Source of the DNA: Patescibacteria group bacterium
GTDB lineage: Bacteria; Patescibacteriota; Minisyncoccia; UBA6257; JAAZHW01
DNA length: 40,590 bases
Assembly: GCA_022711075.1 (NCBI GenBank)
Contig: JAKLFS010000002.1
Coordinates: forward strand, 1 to 40,590
Reading direction: 5' to 3'
Under the pieces are notes generated by a model. The model searched no databases. It was not told the DNA's origin and was given only the letters and a program-made list of their open reading frames with translations. Of this stretch, positions 33,795 through 40,590 are shown one piece after another (the stretch's first letter is position 1; each line of letters opens with the position of its first letter). The translations under genes and the position numbers were made by a program.

Positions 33795-36700
33795 ATGCTA
33801 CCAGAAGATTTTCAAGCTCTAAAATTAAAATTAGCTTCGCCCGAGGTGATTATTTCTTGGAGTCACGGTGAGGTGACCAAACCGGAAACTATCAATTATC
33901 GCACTCAGCGTCCGGAAAAAGATGGTCTTTTTTCCGAAAGGATTTTCGGTCCCACCAAAGACTGGGAATGTTATTGCGGCAAGTATCGTCGTATTCGTTA
34001 TAAGGGCGTGGTTTGCGATAAATGTGGAGTAGAGGTGACGCGGTCCATTGTTCGTCGCGATCGGATGGGACACATCAAATTAGCCTGCCCGGTTGCCCAT
34101 ATTTGGTTTTTGAAGAGTATTCCTTCCCGGATTGGGATGTTTTTGGGCATTCCTCAGCAACATTTGGAGCGGGTTATTTATTACACCGCTTATATCGTTA
34201 TCAGCGTTAATGAAGAGGCGAAAAAGAAAGCTTTGGAAGATTTGGAACACGAGTATAAATCTAAGAAGAAAGGCGAAAAGAAATCTGTTCTCAATACCGT
34301 TTACCAGCGTCGCCGTGATGAGATCGTCGGGTTGAAGCCCTTGAAGATTCTTTCGGAGATTGAATATTTGGACCTGAGCAGAAAATACGGCCACATTTTT
34401 GAGGCTGGTATTGGCAGTGAACCGATTCGCAAGCTGTTGGAAGAAATTGATTTGAAAAAGTTAAAGAAAGAATTGTTCAAATCATTGGCCAATGCCTCTT
34501 TGATTGATAAGAAAAAAATAATCTATCGTTTTAAATTAGCCAAATCATTTATAAAAAATAATCTTCGGCCGGAATGGATGTTTTTGACGGTCTTGCCGGT
34601 TTTGCCGCCGGATTTAAGACCAATGGTGGCTTTGGATGGTGGTCGTTTTGCCACTTCCGATTTGAATGATCTTTATCGTCGGGTTATTAATCGTAACAAT
34701 CGTTTGGAAAAATTAATGGAGCTGAATGCGCCGGAGGTTATCATCCGCAACGAAAAAAGAATGCTGCAGGAAGCGGTGGATGCGCTTTTGGATAATGCGG
34801 CCCGGGATTCGCAGATGCAGATGACGGCTCAGCGTCGGCCGCTCAAGTCTTTGGCCGATATTTTGAAAGGCAAGCAAGGCCGTTTTCGCCAGAATCTTCT
34901 GGGCAAAAGGGTTGATTATTCCGGTCGTTCGGTCATTGTCGTGGGGCCGGAATTGCACCATAACGAATGCGGTTTGCCCAAGAGAATGGCCTTGGAATTA
35001 TTCCGGCCTTTTGTCGTCAATAAATTGATTGAAAGAGGAATCGTTCACAATATCCGCGGAGCCAATAAGCTGATTGATCAGGGCCCGGCTGAGGTGTGGG
35101 CGATTCTGGAAGAAGTGATTGAAGGCCGCTTAGTGCTTTTAAACCGCGCCCCGACGCTTCATCGTTTGGGTATTCAGGCTTTTCAACCTTTGTTGATTGA
35201 AGATTTTGCCATTCGCATTCCGCCTTTGGTTTGTACGGCTTTTAACGCCGACTTTGACGGCGACCAAATGGCTGTTCATTTACCTCTGACTCAGGAAGCG
35301 CAAAAGGAAGCCAGAGAGTTGATGCTTTCCTCTCACAATTTCTTGAAGCCAGCGAGCGGCGATCCGATTATTGATCCCACCAAAGACATCGTGCTTGGCT
35401 GCTATTATCTGACTAAGCTTCAGGAAAAATCCAAAGGAGAAGGGAAAATACTCTCTTCTTTCAGTGAAGCCTCTTTGGCTTATGACAGCGGCTTTATTGA
35501 TTTGAAAGCGAAGATAAAAGTGCCTAACCCCAGATCTTCTATTTTGAAAGTTGAAGCTGGCGCCCTAAAGACGGAAAATTCTCCGGTCAACTCGCTCATT
35601 GAAACTTCCGTCGGCCGTTTGATTTTCAATGACATTTTTGACGCTGATTTTCCTTTCATTAACGAAGTTATTAACAAGAAATTTATCCAGAAATTAGCCG
35701 AATTCATAGTTAATAAGGTCGGCTTGGAAAAAGCCGTTGAGATTATTGATAAAATCAAAGCTTTGGGATTCCAATATGCCACCCGTTCCGGCATTACCTG
35801 GAGCATGAGCGACGTTAGAATTCCGGCTGACAAGCCAAAAATCATTCAGAAGGCCTTGGCAGAGGTAGCTAAGGTGGATGAGCAATTTAACGAGGGCTTG
35901 CTCACCAATGACGAAAGAAAAAGCCACGTTATTCAAATTTGGGAGCAGGCTACTTCTGATATTTCCAAGATTGTAAGCAAGGCCTTGGATACTTACGGTC
36001 CGGTTTTTGCCATTATTGATTCCGGCAGCCGCGGCTCTTTAACTCAGGTGAACCAGATGATGGGTATGAAGGGCTTGGTGCAAAGTCCGCAAGGCGACAT
36101 TATTGAATTGCCGGTTAAATCTTCTTACAAGGAAGGATTTAATGTTTTGGAATATTTCAATGCCAGTCACGGCGCGCGTAAAGGCTCTACCGATACGGCT
36201 TTGAAAACTGCCGGCGCTGGTTACCTGACCAGGCGTTTGATTGATGTTTCTCAGGATGTTTTGATTACCGAAGACGATTGTGGCGCCAAAGAAGGCGTTG
36301 TCATCAACAGAAAGGACGGCGAAGATTTTGGCTTTAGTTTTTCCAACAGATTGTTCTCTCGCGTGCCTCTGGAAGATATTAAAATTAAAGGAAAGACTGT
36401 TGTCCGAGCTGGAGAATTTATTGATCGAATAACTTCCAAATTGATTGAAGTTTCTGAAGTGACGAGCGTCACGGTGCGCTCGCCCCTGACTTGCAAGAGC
36501 ATTTGGGGAGTTTGTTCCAAGTGCTACGGCTATGATTTGGCCTATAATCATCCGGTTAAAATTGGCACACCCGTTGGCATCATTGCCGCGCAATCCATTG
36601 GCGAGCCGGGCACTCAGCTTACTTTAAGAACTTTCCATTCCGGCGGCGTCGCGGGTTTGGATATTACTCACGGTTTACCGAGAATTGAAGAGTTGTTTGA

Positions 36701-37430
36701 GGTGCGGCCGCCCAAGAATAAAGCGGCTCTGGCCGAAGTTGATGGCGTGGTCATCAGTATTGATGAAAACGAAAAAGAAGCGGTTTTAACGCTCAAGCCC
36801 GACGCTGAGCTTAAGAAAAACGCCAAAAAGACCAAAAAATTCAAAAAAATAAAAGCAGAAGTTCTTACCTATTCCATGAATAAACGGGCTAAGGTGCTGG
36901 TTAATGTTGGTGACAAAGTAACTGCCGGTACCAGGCTGTGCGAGGGTCCGCTTGAGCTTAAAGAATTGCTGAAAGCCACCAATCGCCGGACCGTGGAAAA
37001 TTATATTATGCGGGAAATTCAGAAAATTTACGTTTCCGAAGGCGTTAATATCAACAATAAACATTTGGAGCTCATTGTGAAGCAGATGTTTTCACGGGTG
37101 AAAGTGAAAGATCAGGGCGAAGGCGAGTCTCTGGTTGGCGAAGTGGTTTCCCGCTCCCGCTTTATTGAAGACAATCGCAAATTAAAAGCCTTGGGTAAAA
37201 AACCAGCCAAAGCGGTTCAGCTTTTGCTTGGCATCACCCGGTCGGCTTTAGCCAGCGATAGTTTTCTGTCCGCTGCTTCTTTTCAGGAAACAACCAGGAT
37301 TTTGGTTTCCGCTGCCACTGAAGGAAAAGTTGATCCTCTGCGCGGCTTAAAGGAAAACGTTATTATCGGCCGCTTAATTCCCGCTGGCACTGGTTATCAT
37401 AAAAAAGAAGAGAAAAAGCCGGAAAAGTAA
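33795..37430 (+). CDS. rpoC: DNA-directed RNA polymerase beta-prime subunit
   Basis: Zinc-binding CYCGKY...CDKCGVEV, NRAPTLHRLGIQAF and the catalytic NADFDGDQMAVH are present. It begins 4 nt after the rpoB stop. Confidence 0.95.
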   Translation: MLPEDFQALKLKLASPEVIISWSHGEVTKPETINYRTQRPEKDGLFSERIFGPTKDWECYCGKYRRIRYKGVVCDKCGVEVTRSIVRRDRMGHIKLACPVAHIWFLKSIPSRIGMFLGIPQQHLERVIYYTAYIVISVNEEAKKKALEDLEHEYKSKKKGEKKSVLNTVYQRRRDEIVGLKPLKILSEIEYLDLSRKYGHIFEAGIGSEPIRKLLEEIDLKKLKKELFKSLANASLIDKKKIIYRFKLAKSFIKNNLRPEWMFLTVLPVLPPDLRPMVALDGGRFATSDLNDLYRRVINRNNRLEKLMELNAPEVIIRNEKRMLQEAVDALLDNAARDSQMQMTAQRRPLKSLADILKGKQGRFRQNLLGKRVDYSGRSVIVVGPELHHNECGLPKRMALELFRPFVVNKLIERGIVHNIRGANKLIDQGPAEVWAILEEVIEGRLVLLNRAPTLHRLGIQAFQPLLIEDFAIRIPPLVCTAFNADFDGDQMAVHLPLTQEAQKEARELMLSSHNFLKPASGDPIIDPTKDIVLGCYYLTKLQEKSKGEGKILSSFSEASLAYDSGFIDLKAKIKVPNPRSSILKVEAGALKTENSPVNSLIETSVGRLIFNDIFDADFPFINEVINKKFIQKLAEFIVNKVGLEKAVEIIDKIKALGFQYATRSGITWSMSDVRIPADKPKIIQKALAEVAKVDEQFNEGLLTNDERKSHVIQIWEQATSDISKIVSKALDTYGPVFAIIDSGSRGSLTQVNQMMGMKGLVQSPQGDIIELPVKSSYKEGFNVLEYFNASHGARKGSTDTALKTAGAGYLTRRLIDVSQDVLITEDDCGAKEGVVINRKDGEDFGFSFSNRLFSRVPLEDIKIKGKTVVRAGEFIDRITSKLIEVSEVTSVTVRSPLTCKSIWGVCSKCYGYDLAYNHPVKIGTPVGIIAAQSIGEPGTQLTLRTFHSGGVAGLDITHGLPRIEELFEVRPPKNKAALAEVDGVVISIDENEKEAVLTLKPDAELKKNAKKTKKFKKIKAEVLTYSMNKRAKVLVNVGDKVTAGTRLCEGPLELKELLKATNRRTVENYIMREIQKIYVSEGVNINNKHLELIVKQMFSRVKVKDQGEGESLVGEVVSRSRFIEDNRKLKALGKKPAKAVQLLLGITRSALASDSFLSAASFQETTRILVSAATEGKVDPLRGLKENVIIGRLIPAGTGYHKKEEKKPEK

Positions 37431-37446
37431 TTGATAATTGATTATT

Positions 37447-37484
37447 AAAAAACCGTAATCGCATAATGCGATTACGGTTTTTTT
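37447..37484. terminator. Bidirectional rho-independent terminator shared by rpoC (+) and pnp (-)
   Basis: 12-bp perfect stem ACCGTAATCGCA (37452-37463) / TGCGATTACGGT (37467-37478) with a 3-nt loop. An A-run precedes it and a T-run follows it. Confidence 0.85.
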
Positions 37485-37495
37485 GTCTTTCAGCT

Positions 37496-39691
37496 TTAAA
37501 ATCTATTTCTCGGTCTGGGACTGCGGCGGTTGGGCCGGGAAGATGGTTCGCGCCGGCTGTAATTCATTTCTGGTCCGTTTCCTTCCGGAGCCGGCGTCAT
37601 CGCTTTGAGCGACAAGCCGATTCTGCCATCCGGATCAACGCGAATTACTTTCACTTTGACAGTTTCGCCCATTTTGACAATATCTTCAACTTTTTCCACG
37701 CGGTAATAAGCTAATTCCGAAATATGGAGCAAGCCGTCTTTGCTTGGCCCCAAATCAATTACCGCGCCGAAATCAAGAATTTTGGAAACTGTTCCTTCCA
37801 CAATTTCTCCAACCTTATATTCGTGTGTTATTGATTCCACCATTTTCAAAGCCATTTCCACGCCCGCGTCTTCCAAGCCCGTGACAAAGACACTGCCGTC
37901 ATCATCAATGTCAATTTCCACTTTAGCCTTTTCCATTATATCTTTAATGGTTTTTCCGCCTGAGCCGATGACTTGGCCGATTTGGTCGGGATTAATTTTA
38001 ATAATTTTAATTTTTGGCGCCAGAGGAGACAAGGTTTTGCGCGGTTCGCTGATAACGGCGTTAATTTTTTCCAGAATTTGCCTTCTGGCTTCTTTAGCTT
38101 GATCCAAAGTTTCTTTGAGGATTTTAATGGTTACGCCTTGAACTTTCACATCCATTTGTACGCCAGTAACGCCGTTTTTGGTGCCGGCGGCTTTGAAATC
38201 CATATCGCCGTAATGATCTTCCGGTCCCTGGATGTCAGTCAGGATTTTGTAGCCTTTTTCGTCGTTATTGGGATCAAGCATCAGTCCCATGGCGATTCCG
38301 GCAGCCGGAGTCTTAATCGGTACGCCGGCATCCATCAAGGCCAAAGATGAGCCGCAAACTGAAGCCATTGAAGAAGAACCGTTGGATGACAGAATTTCCG
38401 AAACTACGCGGATAGTGTAGGGGAATTGTTCTTTATTGGGGATAATCGGCAACAAAGATTTTTCCGCTAAAGCGCCGTGGCCGATTTCCCGGCGGCCTGG
38501 ACCGCGCATCGGACCGGTTTCGCCCACGGAAAACGGCGGAAAATTATAATGATGCAGGAATCTTTTAGATCCGCTCACTTCCATTGTTTCAATAGTTAAT
38601 TCATGAGAGGGCGCGGCTAAGGTGATACTGGAAAGGGCCCGGGTATTGCCGCGGGTAAAAATCGCCGAGCCGTGGACTCTGGGTAAAAATCCGACTTCGC
38701 AGCTGATTGGTCGAAGTTCATTCAATTTTCTGCCATCCGGCCGTTTGTCTTTTTCCAGAATGTTTTTATGAACCGCTTCGTCAATTGCGTCTTCTAAAAG
38801 GGAGTGAGCCTCGTGTATTTGCGTTTCTTCAATTTCCTCGGTTTTTAGCCATTCGGTCATTTCCTTTTTAAGATTATCCAATTTAACTTGTCTCGTCATT
38901 TTATCCGTGCCGTAAAGCGCATCTTCCAAGCGGTTGGCCAAAAAAGTATTAATTTTCTCTTTGAATTCCGGAGCCGGTTCTTTTAATTCCACCGTCGCCT
39001 TAGGCTTGGCTAGTTTTGAGAATATTTCTTTTTGTAGTTGAACCAGTTTTTTGATTTCTTCCTGAGCCAGATTAAAAGCCTGAACCACCACTTCTTCCGG
39101 AGTTTCTTTGGCCGCCACTTCTAACATATTAATTTTATCTTCAGTGCCGCTGACGAAAACATCAAATTCACCCTTTTCTCTTTCGGCATAGGTGGGGTTA
39201 ATGATGAATTTCTCGCCGATTTTTCCAATGCGGATTCCGGCAATCGGGCCGTTCCAGGGAATATCGGATATTCCCAGGGCCACGGAAGAGCCTAACAAGC
39301 CGGCAAAATCCGGATCATTATCACTGTCAATTGAAAGCACCGTGACCACGATTTGGACTTCGCGGCGCATCCGGTGATCAAAAAGCGGCCTGATTGGTCT
39401 GTCAATCAAGCGGCCGGTTAAAATAGCCGCTTCTGATGGTCGGCCTTCGCGCCGGACAAAACGGCTGCCTAAGATTTTTCCTGCCGCATAAAACCTTTCT
39501 TCGTAGTCAACGGTCAGCGGAAAATAATCAAGGCCAAGCCGATCTTGTTTGGCCATTGTCGCTGTGACTAAAACCGTGGTGTCGCCGTATTGAACGACAA
39601 CCGAACTATTGGCTTGTTCGGCCAAATTAGAAATTCTAATTTTTAAGGGCCGATTAGCCAAATTATCAACTGAGAAAACCTTTTCCTCCAT
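37496..39691 (-). CDS. pnp: Polyribonucleotide nucleotidyltransferase (PNPase) with an Arg/Pro-rich C-terminal tail
   Basis: Two RNase PH domains (GSAIFTRGNT, REIGHGALAE), a KH domain (GSGGKTIK) and an S1 domain (GEIVEGTVSKILDFGAVIDL) are present. Confidence 0.95.
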   Translation of the reverse strand: MEEKVFSVDNLANRPLKIRISNLAEQANSSVVVQYGDTTVLVTATMAKQDRLGLDYFPLTVDYEERFYAAGKILGSRFVRREGRPSEAAILTGRLIDRPIRPLFDHRMRREVQIVVTVLSIDSDNDPDFAGLLGSSVALGISDIPWNGPIAGIRIGKIGEKFIINPTYAEREKGEFDVFVSGTEDKINMLEVAAKETPEEVVVQAFNLAQEEIKKLVQLQKEIFSKLAKPKATVELKEPAPEFKEKINTFLANRLEDALYGTDKMTRQVKLDNLKKEMTEWLKTEEIEETQIHEAHSLLEDAIDEAVHKNILEKDKRPDGRKLNELRPISCEVGFLPRVHGSAIFTRGNTRALSSITLAAPSHELTIETMEVSGSKRFLHHYNFPPFSVGETGPMRGPGRREIGHGALAEKSLLPIIPNKEQFPYTIRVVSEILSSNGSSSMASVCGSSLALMDAGVPIKTPAAGIAMGLMLDPNNDEKGYKILTDIQGPEDHYGDMDFKAAGTKNGVTGVQMDVKVQGVTIKILKETLDQAKEARRQILEKINAVISEPRKTLSPLAPKIKIIKINPDQIGQVIGSGGKTIKDIMEKAKVEIDIDDDGSVFVTGLEDAGVEMALKMVESITHEYKVGEIVEGTVSKILDFGAVIDLGPSKDGLLHISELAYYRVEKVEDIVKMGETVKVKVIRVDPDGRIGLSLKAMTPAPEGNGPEMNYSRREPSSRPNRRSPRPRNRF

Positions 39692-39705
39692 ATTTTTATG
39701 TTTTT

Positions 39706-39796
39706 ACCCCGTTGAGTATTAATAATCTCATTATTCTAATGATAATGAAATTATTAATAAAAATTTAAATTAATTAAATTTTTTACTCAACAGGGT
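39706..39796 (-). promoter_or_regulatory. Structured pnp 5' leader: a long-range 13-bp inverted repeat enclosing an AT-rich hairpin of about 17 bp
   Basis: ACCCCGTTGAGTA (39706-39718) pairs with TACTCAACAGGGT (39784-39796) with one mismatch. The inner hairpin spans 39718-39758 (ATTAATAAT.TCATTAT / ATAATGA.ATTATTAAT). The proximal arm ends 14 nt from the pnp ATG. Confidence 0.5.
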
Positions 39797-39830
39797 GAAT
39801 TTTTCCCGAAAAGAGTGAATGCTTAAGGCA

Positions 39831-39874
39831 GAAGAAAAAGAATTGGTTTATTTGCTGACAAATGCTTTTTCTTC
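39831..39874 (-). other. Nested hairpin (10-bp GAAGAAAAAG/CTTTTTCTTC enclosing ATTTG-CTGA-CAAAT)
   Basis: Perfect inverted repeats at 39831-39840/39865-39874 and 39850-39854/39859-39863. Confidence 0.45.
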
Positions 39875-39908
39875 AGCCCTACCCTTAATTGACCCTTCTC
39901 AGTTTTGC

Positions 39909-39923
39909 TCCGCCTCAGGCGGA
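39909..39923 (-). terminator. GC hairpin (TCCGCC-TCA-GGCGGA) 2 nt after the NYN gene stop; weak terminator or processing site with no clear U-tract on the minus strand
   Basis: Read directly. Confidence 0.35.
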
Positions 39924-39925
39924 AA

Positions 39926-40459
39926 TTATTTTATTTGACGTTTTTTTGTTAAGTTCGAGCTAATTAAAAATCTTCCCGGCTGGCTTTCTAAGTCAAAGAA
40001 TTCATCCGCCTCTTCTTTGATTTTTGCTGAGGCGCTTCGACCGAAGGCAATGACTTCTACTTGTTTACCTAAGCCGTTCAGATATTCAATTAACGGAACA
40101 AAATCTCCATCGCCAGTTATCAAAACGATCGCATCCACCGAATCTTTCAGACGGATGGCGTCTACGGCCATGCCCACATCCCAATCGGCCTTTTTAAAGC
40201 CGCCGGGATAGACTTGCAGATCTTTCATTCTTAATTCAATGCCGATTTTTTCCAAAGCGTCAAAAAACGAACTTTCGCCTTCGGCGGTTTCACTTTTAAC
40301 GACATAACCGATCGCTCTGATGAGTTTACGGCCGGCCAAAGCGGCCTTTAGAACCTCTTTGAAGTTAACGCGCGCCTGATAAATATTTTTTGCCGAATGA
40401 TAGAGATTCTGAATATCAAAAAAAATCGCTACTCTCTGTTCCTTATGTTTCATTACCAT
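39926..40459 (-). CDS. NYN-domain (LabA/DUF88-like, PIN-related) putative ribonuclease
   Basis: VAIFFDIQNLYHSAK (N-terminal acidic site), DVGMAVDA and ITGDGDFVPLIEYL match the LabA-like NYN signature. Confidence 0.8.
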   Translation of the reverse strand: MVMKHKEQRVAIFFDIQNLYHSAKNIYQARVNFKEVLKAALAGRKLIRAIGYVVKSETAEGESSFFDALEKIGIELRMKDLQVYPGGFKKADWDVGMAVDAIRLKDSVDAIVLITGDGDFVPLIEYLNGLGKQVEVIAFGRSASAKIKEEADEFFDLESQPGRFLISSNLTKKRQIK

Positions 40460-40479
40460 ATGTAAATATAAAGCTCCGA

Positions 40480-40590
40480 TTATTTCTTCAGCCCCAATTT
40501 TTTGATTAAGGCGTTATATCGGCGCTTAGAAGTTTTATTTAAATAATCCAAGAGTTTTTTCCTTTTGGATACCATTTTCAATAAACCGCG
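40480..40590 (-). CDS. rpsO: 30S ribosomal protein S15, C-terminal 36 codons; the 5' end is outside the window
   Basis: Absent from the ORF track. The reverse-strand translation is [36 protein letters not shown], which matches the S15 C-terminus. The stop codon is at 40480-40482. Confidence 0.85.
   Translation of the reverse strand, partial: RGLLKMVSKRKKLLDYLNKTSKRRYNALIKKLGLKK

Noticed and set aside
36039-36593. 184-aa minus-strand ORF inside rpoC, plus smaller antisense ORFs at 34080-34394 and 35480-35845
   Set aside because: They are antisense to an unambiguous rpoC frame and have no start-site signals or motifs.
1-40590. Searched by eye for CRISPR arrays, tandem repeats, transposase or integrase genes, toxin-antitoxin pairs and restriction-modification or other defence genes
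   Set aside because: None was found. All long ORFs are accounted for by housekeeping, envelope or glycosylation functions. The only repeats seen are the short inverted repeats reported above. An exhaustive repeat search was not possible without tools.

Overview
The window looks like core chromosome from a small-genome, moderately AT-rich bacterium. Gene content and systematically shortened housekeeping proteins suggest a Candidate Phyla Radiation/Patescibacteria (Parcubacteria-like) organism; that placement is inference. No mobile element, CRISPR array, rRNA or recognisable defence island was seen.

I recognise about 37 protein genes and one tRNA-Lys(UUU).
- Left end: a purN 3' end, a PAP2 lipid phosphatase, and a minus-strand valS-prsW-hsp20 unit.
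- 4.6-6.9 kb: an orphan TraD/VirD4-like ATPase fused to a CxxC-x17-CxxC zinc ribbon, then efp.
- 6.9-13.7 kb: a six-gene surface-glycan cluster (Wzx flippase, FkbM methyltransferase, three GT4, one GT2).
- 13.7-23.3 kb: an AI-2E permease, metG-tatD, a PMT/GT39 mannosyltransferase, tRNA-Lys, secD-secF and a short alaS.
- 23.4-26.3 kb: a two-gene module of a divergent FtsA-like actin-fold protein and a large bitopic membrane protein.
- 26.3-37.4 kb: a long run infA-rpmJ-rpsM-rpsK-rpsD-rpoA-rplQ-rplM-rpsI-rpoB-rpoC.
- Right end: a minus-strand rpsO(partial)-NYN-pnp unit.

rpmJ and rpsO are absent from the supplied ORF track and were found by reading the sequence.

Observations most worth a second look:
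1. The FtsA-like gene with degenerate nucleotide-binding loops, paired with the membrane protein.
2. The orphan coupling-protein-like ATPase with an RGG-like stretch and a zinc ribbon.
3. Two long-range inverted repeats sharing an ACCCCGTT..GAG arm core, placed in front of rpoB and pnp. One shows alternative pairing and abuts a consensus promoter.
4. A NYN-domain gene inserted into the conserved rpsO-pnp pair.
5. An RpoA with no alpha-CTD.
6. An EF-P with a non-canonical modification loop.
7. Recurrent -10 boxes 6-9 nt from start codons, implying leaderless mRNAs.
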